From: a virus
Taxonomy: Duplodnaviria > Caudoviricetes
IMG/VR virus record: IMGVR_UViG_3300046751_000386
Coordinates: 1 to 57,960 of that record
Direction: 5' to 3' (one strand)
DNA length: 57,960 nucleotides
Of this stretch, positions 37,487 through 46,525 are shown one piece after another. Numbering within the stretch: the first letter of the stretch is position 1; each line of letters opens with the position of its first letter. The translations under genes were made by a program, and so were the position numbers. Below the pieces are notes generated by a model that did not search any database, was not told the origin of the DNA, and saw only the letters and a program-made list of their open reading frames with translations.

Positions 37487-39604
37487 ATGGCTGAAAGCAT
37501 CTCTCCCGAAAGAATGCAGCGTTTGATGGAGTTGTCTAACAACGCCATGACGGTGGAGCTTGGTGCGTTAAGAAACCCGCAAGTAACTACGGTGCCCTCA
37601 AATGAAGCCAACGCCTTTTATCAATCCGCTCCCTACGCTGAAAGAGAAATAAACAAATATCTTTACGAGGAATATAGAAAAATCAGAGAGGCCAAAGATA
37701 AATTTGCCCGTGGAGATTTAAGTAAGTATCGGTTTGAAGAAGCAATCCGCAAAGCTAAATATAACATAAATCAAATGAAACCTTCCGTTGAAAACGGCCT
37801 TGATCAAGCGGGTTTAGATTACCTTGATCAGAAACAACAAGAAGGCATAAGCTCTTTAAAGGACACGGTTTCTACAGAATTTAACCCTGACTTTTCTATG
37901 CCAGAACTGGATCAAAGTCGTGACCAGATAGTTTTGGGCGAAAAAATGAACGAGTCCGTTTTAGCGCACGAAATAGGCCACGCAGCTTTTTCCGTGGCAA
38001 AAGACTTTTTTAGAAGTAAAGTTGTAGAGCTTGGTTCCATTGAGGACGCTTTAAAAGCCACGGCTTTGGAGTATGGGAGAAACATAGCTGACAAAATAGA
38101 GGCGGGTGTTCGCGGAAATCTTGACGGGCTTTTTGCTGACACGGATGAGGCCACCGTTCAATATTACGACAACCCGTTGGGAGATGATCCCTCTAATCCG
38201 GGCGTGGGAACCCCTACGTCTGAAGGCGGTCCAACTTATTATAGTCCCGGAGGAGGGTTTGATGCAGATACCGACAACACGTTTAGTTTTCTCCCGTCCG
38301 ATAGAGCAAACACTACAGACCCCTTGCTTCAAAAGCCTTTTACAGATTACCGTACTGGAGAGTTAGTCTATCACGATGAATACAAGGGCGACTTCGAAGC
38401 CGACTTAAAAGAGGCGGGGTTAATGGGTTTTGAAACTCTAATGTCCGACCTTATTTCAGAAAGAAAAGGCTTGGACCGTTTTGCGGAACGGCAACGCCGC
38501 GGGCTAAAGATTAACCCGTTGGGAGCCCCCAAGGGAGAGGTCCTGCGGTCCGTTAAACCTCAAACTCGACCAGAAAAATTTGCCCAAGGAGGTCCCGTGA
38601 TGCGCGGTATTGGAACCTTGAACGAGACTGCGAGAAACATGTTCCGCGGACCGTCCGGTGTTGCCGCGTATCAACAGTTCGCGGACGGCGGACCTGTTTA
38701 TATGAGTAATGGTGGTGAAGGCAGTGTAGGAGCCGCTTATAAAGATACTATAAACAAGTATGCTGAAGAATTCTTAGTAAACCCTGACGTATTGTTTAAC
38801 TTACTAAAAACGGAATCAAATTTTAATCCAAAAGCGGTGAATAAAGCTAGTGGGGCGCAGGGTATTGCTCAAGTTATGCCTGACACTGCCGCTGATCCCG
38901 GATATGATGTTACACCTTTATCAAACCCTTTTAACGCAGAAGATAGTATACGTTTTAGTGCCGAATATTTATCCGCTATGCTTGAAGAATTTAGGGGCGA
39001 TTACGACCTTGCTCTTGCTGCATATAATGCAGGTCCCGGTAGAGTAAGAACTTACCGAGGTGTTCCTCCCTTTGCTGAAACTCAAAATTATATTGAAAAA
39101 ATATTAGGGCGCGTTGCGCCTGATGAGAAACAGGGTAGATCGGGGTCCGGTGTAAATGAGCAAGGTGAGCAAGTATTTACTCCGCGCCCACTTTTAAGGG
39201 GGGAAACAGGGTACAAAGAAGAATTAGAGGGAATGCCCTTAAAACCTCGTATGCGTCCTTCTAGCTTGTCTCAAGGGATTATGGCAGCACAAGATACGGT
39301 AGACCCCGCAGTCATAGACAGGGTAGTGGAGCAAGTACAAGAAGAATTACCCCCTACACAAGAAGAGGGCGACCTGTATGAAAAGTACAGCCCTGAAAAC
39401 ATGTTTCCTGACGCAGGGCTTACCGAGGGCGAACTAGAAAGAAGAAAACGCTTCGCACCAAAAGAGGGGGACGCAGAACCTTATCGGCAACCGCCTTCAA
39501 CGTTGGAGCAGATAGACCAGTTCTTTCAAAGATTTGCCCCGTCCAGAAAACCTGAACGGGTTATCCAACCAAAGCCTACGCCAATGCAGTACCGTAGTGC
39601 CTAA
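37487..39604 (+). CDS. Virion protein with an SLT lytic transglycosylase domain and an HExxH motif
   Basis: TESNFNPKAV, GAQGIAQVMP, ALAAYNAG and PPFAETQNY; LAHEIGH upstream. Confidence 0.85.
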   Translation: MAESISPERMQRLMELSNNAMTVELGALRNPQVTTVPSNEANAFYQSAPYAEREINKYLYEEYRKIREAKDKFARGDLSKYRFEEAIRKAKYNINQMKPSVENGLDQAGLDYLDQKQQEGISSLKDTVSTEFNPDFSMPELDQSRDQIVLGEKMNESVLAHEIGHAAFSVAKDFFRSKVVELGSIEDALKATALEYGRNIADKIEAGVRGNLDGLFADTDEATVQYYDNPLGDDPSNPGVGTPTSEGGPTYYSPGGGFDADTDNTFSFLPSDRANTTDPLLQKPFTDYRTGELVYHDEYKGDFEADLKEAGLMGFETLMSDLISERKGLDRFAERQRRGLKINPLGAPKGEVLRSVKPQTRPEKFAQGGPVMRGIGTLNETARNMFRGPSGVAAYQQFADGGPVYMSNGGEGSVGAAYKDTINKYAEEFLVNPDVLFNLLKTESNFNPKAVNKASGAQGIAQVMPDTAADPGYDVTPLSNPFNAEDSIRFSAEYLSAMLEEFRGDYDLALAAYNAGPGRVRTYRGVPPFAETQNYIEKILGRVAPDEKQGRSGSGVNEQGEQVFTPRPLLRGETGYKEELEGMPLKPRMRPSSLSQGIMAAQDTVDPAVIDRVVEQVQEELPPTQEEGDLYEKYSPENMFPDAGLTEGELERRKRFAPKEGDAEPYRQPPSTLEQIDQFFQRFAPSRKPERVIQPKPTPMQYRSA

Positions 39605-41058
39605 CTTAACCACCCCTTAACTTCTTCACCCAGTACTTTGCCTGCTAGGCTTACCTTGTCGCGCAACGCGTTCAAAACCTTCTCGTCAATCGTATTAGGG
39701 GAAACTATGTCGATATAAGTTACCGCTTTAGTTTGACCAATCCGGTGCGCCCTGTCCTCACTCTGTAAGCGTATCTCCAGATCGTAGCTGTTGCTGTAGT
39801 AGATCACAGTGCTAGCCGCCGTCAGAGTAATGCCATAACCGCCCGTCTTGGGCTGACCCACAAAGAACCGCAGCGGGCTGTCGGGGTCTTGGAACTCCTC
39901 AACAATCTCCTGTCTGCGGTCCTGCGGCGTCTCACCGTAATAAGTTGCGACCGAATCGGGCCCGAAACGGTCGCGCAGGGCATGTGCTATCCGTTGGAGG
40001 TCGTTAGTGTACGTCGCCCAAATGATAGCCTTCCCCGAAAGCTCGTCTGTTATATCCATTAACTCTGGCAGACGGTTGTTCTTTAGTTCCTGTAAATCCC
40101 CCACGTCAGGCTGAAACGATCCGCAGCATATCTGTTGGAGCCGCATGATCTGTGTCAGAACACTGGTTGTCGTGGCAATGTTGTCATCATTGAGATGCGC
40201 CAAAGCCAATGACTTCATCTGATCGTACACCCTGCTTTGCTCCGTGGTCAACGGAACGCGGCGCTTTATGTACAGTTTCTCAGGTAAATCCAAACAATCC
40301 TCTTTTAACGTGCGGGTGCTGAACCCCAACAGACGCTCGTTTAGTTCGTCCAACCTACGGTATCCCGTTATCTCCTGAAAGCTGCGCGAACCCATTACAC
40401 GCTTCTGCGTAATCGCGTAGCGGCTCTGGAACGCGTAAAAGCTGGCAAAGCCCAAAGAACTCGGATCAAGGAACCTGCACTGACTGTAGAGGTCCAACGG
40501 GGACTTTGTAATCGGGGAGCCTGTCAGAATGCGCCTGTACTTAATGTACGGGTTTAACGCCATCAGGTTCTTGGTACGCTGGGCGTTGCGGTTTTTTATC
40601 GTGGTGCTTTCATCAACAACAGCCATGTTCTCGGGATTGGCTACCAGAAAACGTCCCGCGGCCCGCGTACCTCGGGGCGATGAGAACGCTTCGACGTTCA
40701 TTACAAAAAGTTTTAATCCGTCAAACGGGTCATCAATAAACGTATCCAGTTCCTCGGAGTAGCGTTTGGATGTGGCGGGCGTCCACCGCATAACTTTGCG
40801 CTTTATAGTGTCTGGCAAGTGTGCGGGTATTTCGCCCTGCACCCAGTTGTCGTAGACACCCTTGGGCGCTACAATTAGTGCCGCGTTTAGGTCACCTTCT
40901 ATATATAGTACACCTATATTATCTATGGCGACTTTAGATTTACCCGTTCCCATTTCCATAAAGTACGCGTGGTACGTTTTGTACCACGACTCTTCTAGTG
41001 CGTCACGCTGATGGTTGAAGGGCTGCGTCTTAAAGTCGTAATCTATCTGTTCCAACAT
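39601..41058 (-). CDS. SNF2-family (SF2) helicase
   Basis: MEMGTGKS, VVDEST, LTGSP, GGYGITLT and QSEDRAHRIGQ; RBS GGAGAAC before ATG 41058. Confidence 0.92.
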   Translation of the reverse strand: MLEQIDYDFKTQPFNHQRDALEESWYKTYHAYFMEMGTGKSKVAIDNIGVLYIEGDLNAALIVAPKGVYDNWVQGEIPAHLPDTIKRKVMRWTPATSKRYSEELDTFIDDPFDGLKLFVMNVEAFSSPRGTRAAGRFLVANPENMAVVDESTTIKNRNAQRTKNLMALNPYIKYRRILTGSPITKSPLDLYSQCRFLDPSSLGFASFYAFQSRYAITQKRVMGSRSFQEITGYRRLDELNERLLGFSTRTLKEDCLDLPEKLYIKRRVPLTTEQSRVYDQMKSLALAHLNDDNIATTTSVLTQIMRLQQICCGSFQPDVGDLQELKNNRLPELMDITDELSGKAIIWATYTNDLQRIAHALRDRFGPDSVATYYGETPQDRRQEIVEEFQDPDSPLRFFVGQPKTGGYGITLTAASTVIYYSNSYDLEIRLQSEDRAHRIGQTKAVTYIDIVSPNTIDEKVLNALRDKVSLAGKVLGEEVKGWLS

Positions 41059-41074
41059 TTGTTCTCCTACGGGG

Positions 41075-41115
41075 TTGACTGCCTGATATCTTATATGTAT
41101 ATAGGTGTTTGTCAA
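41075..41115. promoter_or_regulatory. Overlapping divergent sigma70-like promoters
   Basis: + strand TTGACT(41075)-N17-TATATA; - strand TTGACA(41115)-N16-TAAGAT. Confidence 0.65.
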
Positions 41116-41150
41116 GGCCGTAAAAAGGGTCTTTTAAACAGGAGTACTAG

Positions 41151-41726
41151 ATGAACGATATTTTAGGCATGATGGAAGAGGACTTTGAGAAAACTCTCTC
41201 TTCCGTCGAAACGCTGGACAACGCAGGTTTAGACACTGTGGCTGGTCTAGCTAGAAAGATCAAGCAGCAACAAGATAAAGTTGAACGGCTTGATCGGGAA
41301 CTTAAAGACGAAAAGCAAGCACTACTAAAGCTGACAGACGAGGACCTACCCTCGACTATGGCTGACTTAGGGCTGTCTAAGTTCTCTTTGGATGACGGCA
41401 GTACAGTAGAAGTCAAGCCGACTTACGGTGCCAGCATCCTAGTCAAAGACCGTCCGGCAGCATACGAATGGCTGCGCGAAAACGGGTTTGATGACATTAT
41501 CAAGAACGTTATCTCCTGCCAGTTTGGCAGAGGTGAGGATGACCAAGCCAGTGCGTTCCACGCGTTCGCATCTCAGCAAGGTTATCCGGCAGACCAGAAC
41601 GAAAGTATTCATTCGAGTACATTGAAAGCGTTTGTTAAAGAGCGCATCGAAACGGGAGAAGACTTCCCGCACACACTATTCGGAGCCTACGTTGGGCAAC
41701 GAGCCATTATTAGGGGAGCAAAATAA
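41151..41726 (+). CDS. Replication-module hypothetical protein
   Basis: Coiled coil followed by WLRENG..DIIK...IHSSTLKAFVKE; RBS AGGAG. Confidence 0.75.
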   Translation: MNDILGMMEEDFEKTLSSVETLDNAGLDTVAGLARKIKQQQDKVERLDRELKDEKQALLKLTDEDLPSTMADLGLSKFSLDDGSTVEVKPTYGASILVKDRPAAYEWLRENGFDDIIKNVISCQFGRGEDDQASAFHAFASQQGYPADQNESIHSSTLKAFVKERIETGEDFPHTLFGAYVGQRAIIRGAK

Positions 41727-42511
41727 TGGGTGCAGTTAAGAAGACAGAGAAAACAGAAATGGTTGAGTTTGACCAAAGTATGTTTGAAGCGGACGCCGGA
41801 GTTGGCGTATCGGATATGGGCCAAGACGATCTGGCGCTACCGTTCCTCAAGTTGATTAGCGGGCTCGACAGCCTGTTAGATGACCCTGACTTTGAGGGCA
41901 AGAAGGGTGATATCTACAATACCGTCTCTCAGACCGTCCACAAGGGCGCTGAAGGGGTCAAAGTGATACCGTGCGTCTATCAGCGCAGGTTTATCCAGTG
42001 GGCTCCCAGAGGCGCTGGTTCAGGCGCTCCTATCGCGGTGTTCGAACCGACAGACAAACTGCCCCCGTTCGAGCGGGACCGTGAAACCAATAAAGACATG
42101 GTTGTAGGCGGTGACGGATCGTACATCGAAGAAACGCACCAGCACTTCGTAATCGTTCTTAACGAAGACGGCTCTGCGGAAACGGCGCTCATTGCAATGA
42201 AAAGCACGGGCCTCAAGAAAAGCCGTAAATGGAACTCTATGATGAGTTCCATCACCATGAACGGCAAGAACGGTCCCTTCACACCGCCGCGTTTTAGTTC
42301 TGTATATTTGCTAAAGTCCGTCAGTGAAGAAAACAGTAAGGGCAAATGGCATAATTGGGACATGTCCCGCATTGGCCCCGTAGAAGACAAGGGCATCTAC
42401 AACAGAGCCCGCGAGTTCCGTGCAAGCATCGCTTCAGGGGACGTGGTTGTGAAACACCAAAGTGAAGAGGCGTCAAAGCCTGACTTCAACCCAGACGAAG
42501 TACCGTTCTAG
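41726..42511 (+). CDS. Putative single-stranded DNA-binding protein
   Basis: Acidic SSB-like tail DFNPDEVPF; position before the primase. Confidence 0.6.
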   Translation: MGAVKKTEKTEMVEFDQSMFEADAGVGVSDMGQDDLALPFLKLISGLDSLLDDPDFEGKKGDIYNTVSQTVHKGAEGVKVIPCVYQRRFIQWAPRGAGSGAPIAVFEPTDKLPPFERDRETNKDMVVGGDGSYIEETHQHFVIVLNEDGSAETALIAMKSTGLKKSRKWNSMMSSITMNGKNGPFTPPRFSSVYLLKSVSEENSKGKWHNWDMSRIGPVEDKGIYNRAREFRASIASGDVVVKHQSEEASKPDFNPDEVPF

Positions 42512-42564
42512 TTTCACAAGGGCCGTAGCTGATGCTGCGGCCCGCTTTCCCAAAGGAAGACCCC

Positions 42565-44100
42565 ATGTCAGTAGATAAGTTTTCCGCCATCTTTGATGGT
42601 TTGAAACAGGCTTACGGCACGTACAAAGTTGAAAAAACTCAGTCCAACGGTAAAAATACTGGCAAGGCTAGTATCATTAAGGAACCGCGGACCTCGAAAC
42701 TCTGGAAAGGTCATCTGTCCGGCAAAGGCACCGCTGTAGGCATCATCCCGATTAATGAGGATAATTGCTGCAAGTGGGGCTGCATTGACGTTGACCAGTA
42801 CCCGCTAGACCACAAAGTACTTATAGAAAAAATACGGGCCATGAAGCTGCCCTTGGTTGTCTGTCGATCAAAGTCCGGCGGCGCACACTGCTTTCTTTTT
42901 TGTAAGGAATGGATCGAAGCAAAGGAAATGCAGAAGGTCCTGACACACCTGTCCGCGGCCCTCGGATATGGCGGTAGTGAGATATTTCCAAAGCAAGTAA
43001 AGCTGCACTTGGACCGTGGAGATGTAGGTAACTTTCTAAACCTGCCTTACTACGACGCAGAGGACGGCCTGAGATATGGCATTCTGGATGACGGCACGTC
43101 AGCAACGCTTGAAGAGTTCTTCGGCTTGTACGAGGCGCATGTGCAAACGCCGGAGGAGATAGTCAAACTTCAGATGACTGACGCGCAGGTGAAAGGACCG
43201 CTTGCCGACGGACCGCCTTGCCTACAGCACCTTACCAAGGTTTTGATTAGCGAAGGCGGAAGAAACAACGGTCTGTACAACATAGGTATCTATCTACGCA
43301 AAGCGTTTCCCGATAGCTGGGAGACAGAGATAATGACGTACAACACTCAGTTTTTAGACCCGCCCTTGCCGCTGCCAGAAGTGAACGTTGTTGCAAAGCA
43401 AGTGGGCAAAAAGGATTACTCGTACAAATGTTCTGACGCGCCCATTAACGCACACTGCAACAAAGAACTGTGCCAGACCATGAAGTTTGGGATTGGTGCA
43501 GGGGCTCAGAACGCGGCTATTGGAAACTTGCGTAAGTATAACTCAACACCGCCCGTGTGGTTTATGGACGTAAACAGTGAACCCGTTGAATTAGATACTG
43601 ACGGCTTGATGAACCAGAGTATGTTTCAAAAAGCCTGTATGGAGCAAATCAACTTCATGCCCCGCAGCGTTGCTAGATCACAGTGGGAAGCGCGGATCAG
43701 CACTATGATGCGTGAAATGACCGAAAACCAAAGCGCCATAATAGAAGTGTCCGTTGACGCCTCAGTGGGTGGTCAGTTCTACGACTTCCTAGAAGAGTTC
43801 TGTAGCCACATGCAACAGGCCAAAGACAGGGAAGAGATACTACTTCGCCGTCCGTGGACGGATGAGGAAGGGCAGTATACTTACTTTAGGCTCAAGGACT
43901 TTGAAGGGTTTTTAAAGAAGAATAAGTTTTTTGAATATAAGTCCCACAAGATTGCCCAGCGTCTGCGCGAGGTGACCGGAGAAAGCTGCTTACTTAAAAT
44001 AAAAGGTCGAGTAGTGCGCCTATGGAAGGTGCCAGCATTTGAAAACGGTGATATAGAATTAAGTACACCACAGTTTCAAGCGCAGGAGAGTCCGTTTTGA
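42565..44100 (+). CDS. Archaeo-eukaryotic-type primase (prim-pol) with a PriCT-like domain
   Basis: CIDVD, RSKSGGAH, GNFLNLPY, PPCL, EGGRNN..YN motifs. Confidence 0.8.
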   Translation: MSVDKFSAIFDGLKQAYGTYKVEKTQSNGKNTGKASIIKEPRTSKLWKGHLSGKGTAVGIIPINEDNCCKWGCIDVDQYPLDHKVLIEKIRAMKLPLVVCRSKSGGAHCFLFCKEWIEAKEMQKVLTHLSAALGYGGSEIFPKQVKLHLDRGDVGNFLNLPYYDAEDGLRYGILDDGTSATLEEFFGLYEAHVQTPEEIVKLQMTDAQVKGPLADGPPCLQHLTKVLISEGGRNNGLYNIGIYLRKAFPDSWETEIMTYNTQFLDPPLPLPEVNVVAKQVGKKDYSYKCSDAPINAHCNKELCQTMKFGIGAGAQNAAIGNLRKYNSTPPVWFMDVNSEPVELDTDGLMNQSMFQKACMEQINFMPRSVARSQWEARISTMMREMTENQSAIIEVSVDASVGGQFYDFLEEFCSHMQQAKDREEILLRRPWTDEEGQYTYFRLKDFEGFLKKNKFFEYKSHKIAQRLREVTGESCLLKIKGRVVRLWKVPAFENGDIELSTPQFQAQESPF

Positions 44101-44297
44101 CTGACAACGTATTAAAAGAAATGCGGAACAAAGAAATTGTCCGTCTGATTGACGAACAGAAAGTGACCAAGACCGCTGTTGCTAAATGGTTTGGGATAAC
44201 CAAGCAGAGGGTACATCAGATATACACTCGGGAGACAAACAATGTATCGGATATTCGGACCTCCGGGGACGGGGAAAACAACAACACTACTCAATAA
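44097..44297 (+). CDS. Small HTH DNA-binding protein
   Basis: TKTAVAKWFGITKQRVHQI helix-turn-helix; TTG start with RBS AGGAG. Confidence 0.7.
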   Translation: MTDNVLKEMRNKEIVRLIDEQKVTKTAVAKWFGITKQRVHQIYTRETNNVSDIRTSGDGENNNTTQ

Positions 44298-45777
44298 GGT
44301 TGATGACGCCCTGCAAAGCGGAGTAGAGCCGACCAAGATTGCTTTCTTAGCCTTCACCAGAAAAGCCGCAGAAGAAGCTAAAGAACGCGCCGCTGCACGG
44401 TTTAAGCTGGACCCCAAAAAGGACCTGTACTTCTTTCGCACTATCCACAGTCTAGCGTTGTCTCTGTCAGACATAAGCCCCGAACAAGTAATGCAGCCGT
44501 CTGATTACCGTGAACTATCTGAGAGTATGGGCGTACATCTCGTAACCACCAAAAGCGTTAATTTTGATGACGATCTTCCAGACATGATGAAAGCGTCTGA
44601 TCCAATCTTAGGGTTGATAAATCTGGCGCGTCTTAGAAAAGTGCCTCTGCGTAAACAATACGACATGAGCAACACACATCTTACATGGAACGAGATAAAT
44701 TACGTCGATAGCTGCCTTGGTAGATACAAACAGGTGCGGCACAAATTTGACTTTACAGACATGCTGGAGAATTTTGTAACAGAAGGCTCCAACTTCTGTC
44801 CAAACTTCGACCTGTGTTTTGTGGACGAGGCGCAAGACCTCTCTCCAATGCAGTGGGATATTGCCCACCTGTTAGATGAACGCTCCAAACGAATGTATGT
44901 TGCGGGTGACGATGACCAAGCTATCTACCGTTGGGCCGGAGCCGACGTGGACGCATTCATAAACCTCGACGGCGGATCAGATACACTAAGCCAATCCTAT
45001 CGCATCCCCTACAGCGTACACAAAGTGGCAGAAGGCATAGTCAAACGCATTCAACGGCGCGTCGTAAAGAACTACGAACCAAGACAAGAAATGGGCGAAG
45101 TCGGATACTACCGAGATATTATGGACATTGACCTGTCAGAAGGCTCTTGGCTCATAATGGCGCAAGCCGGATATATGCTAGAACCCGTGGCGCAATACCT
45201 AAAGTCCTTCGGTTACCTGTTCGAATATCGCGGCTCACGGTCCATCTCCGCTAAGATCAGTGACGCGGTAAACGGGTGGGAGCAACTGCGTAAAGGCCAA
45301 AGCGTTACAGGGCAAACAGCGCGGAACATCTATGAGTACATGTCCGCTAAGGATTCTATCAACTCTTGCCAAAGAATAAAAAAGGGCTTTAAGCGCCTCA
45401 AAGGTTTGGAAGACGCCGAAATGGTTAACATGCAAGACCTAAATGTTAACCACGGGCTACTCGCAACAAAAGATATGCTTTGGCATGAAGCTATGGACCG
45501 TCTGCCAGAAAGAGACAGGGCTTATATAATCGCACTGCTTCGACGCGGAGAAAGGTTTAACGGGACGCCCCGTATCATAGTGTCCACGATTCATGGCACC
45601 AAAGGCGGAGAAGCCGACAACGTTGTAGTGTTCTCGGACATTAGCGCAGCGGCTCAACAAGATATGACCGAAAGACCCGACGACATGCACCGCGTGTTCT
45701 ACGTTGCCGTCACGCGGACCCGAGAGCGTTTGTTTATTATCGAAGGCGAAAACTTAAACAGGAGTTACGACATATGA
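44242..45777 (+). CDS. UvrD/Rep-like SF1 helicase
   Basis: GPPGTGKTT, FTRKAA, VDEAQD, GDDDQAIY, TIHGTKGGE and YVAVTR. Confidence 0.92.
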   Translation: MYRIFGPPGTGKTTTLLNKVDDALQSGVEPTKIAFLAFTRKAAEEAKERAAARFKLDPKKDLYFFRTIHSLALSLSDISPEQVMQPSDYRELSESMGVHLVTTKSVNFDDDLPDMMKASDPILGLINLARLRKVPLRKQYDMSNTHLTWNEINYVDSCLGRYKQVRHKFDFTDMLENFVTEGSNFCPNFDLCFVDEAQDLSPMQWDIAHLLDERSKRMYVAGDDDQAIYRWAGADVDAFINLDGGSDTLSQSYRIPYSVHKVAEGIVKRIQRRVVKNYEPRQEMGEVGYYRDIMDIDLSEGSWLIMAQAGYMLEPVAQYLKSFGYLFEYRGSRSISAKISDAVNGWEQLRKGQSVTGQTARNIYEYMSAKDSINSCQRIKKGFKRLKGLEDAEMVNMQDLNVNHGLLATKDMLWHEAMDRLPERDRAYIIALLRRGERFNGTPRIIVSTIHGTKGGEADNVVVFSDISAAAQQDMTERPDDMHRVFYVAVTRTRERLFIIEGENLNRSYDI

Positions 45778-45953
45778 ATTGTTGGCACTGTGGGACAGAA
45801 TTAATCTGGGGCGGGGATCACGATTGTGAGGATAAGGAAGAGTTTATTATGGTCACTAATCTTAGCTGCCCCAACTGTCAGTCGTTTTTTCTGGTTTATT
45901 TGCCCGAAACAGAAAATGGGGGAGTTTCCCCCGATGGAAAGGTTTACGAATGA
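45774..45953 (+). CDS. Small zinc-ribbon protein (59 aa, not in the ORF track)
   Basis: MNCWHCGTELIWGGDHD...NLSCPNC; ATGA-coupled at both ends; RBS AGGAG. Confidence 0.8.
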   Translation: MNCWHCGTELIWGGDHDCEDKEEFIMVTNLSCPNCQSFFLVYLPETENGGVSPDGKVYE

Positions 45954-46525
45954 ACTGGTGGGAAGACTTAGAGTTGATGCGGCGTTTATTTAAATATGAC
46001 CCCAAAACGGGTTTGATTTATACGCGGGAACGTTCGCCAAAAGATTTTTACGACACGGGGAGCGGTAGCTCGTTTGTGAGTGCTGAAGGGGCCGCTATAA
46101 AATACAACTTGGAAAACTTAGGGCGACTAGCTTTTAATTGTCGTGTCAAAGGTAGACGATCTACATGTTACTATTTTAACGGTTCACCATCATATCTAGG
46201 TACACAAAAGAAACTGTTCGCGCACCGCGTTGCCTTCTTTTTATATCACGGGCATTACCCTAGATGGCCTAACTCTATCGACCATATCAATAGGGATGGA
46301 TGCGACAACCGCATTGAGAACCTACGAGAAGTTACCGCAAAGGAACAGTCTGCTAACACCGGACTGAGCAAGGCAAACACTTCGGGAGTTAAAGGCGTAA
46401 GCTTTTTAAAGGGCCGGAATAAATGGAGAGCTTCTATTAACCTTGAAGGCAAAAAAGTAAACCTCGGTACGTTCAACACTTTGAAAGAGGCGGTGACCGC
46501 AAGGCAAGCTGGAGAAAAACAATGA
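45950..46525 (+). CDS. HNH homing endonuclease with an AP2-like C-terminal domain
   Basis: AHRVAF...IDHINRDGCDNRIENLR; NTSGVKGVS..KWRASI..LGTF. Confidence 0.88.
   Translation: MNWWEDLELMRRLFKYDPKTGLIYTRERSPKDFYDTGSGSSFVSAEGAAIKYNLENLGRLAFNCRVKGRRSTCYYFNGSPSYLGTQKKLFAHRVAFFLYHGHYPRWPNSIDHINRDGCDNRIENLREVTAKEQSANTGLSKANTSGVKGVSFLKGRNKWRASINLEGKKVNLGTFNTLKEAVTARQAGEKQ

Noticed and set aside
36259-37611. 450-aa minus-strand ORF
   Set aside because: Antisense shadow of three well-supported + strand genes; no RBS or recognisable motifs
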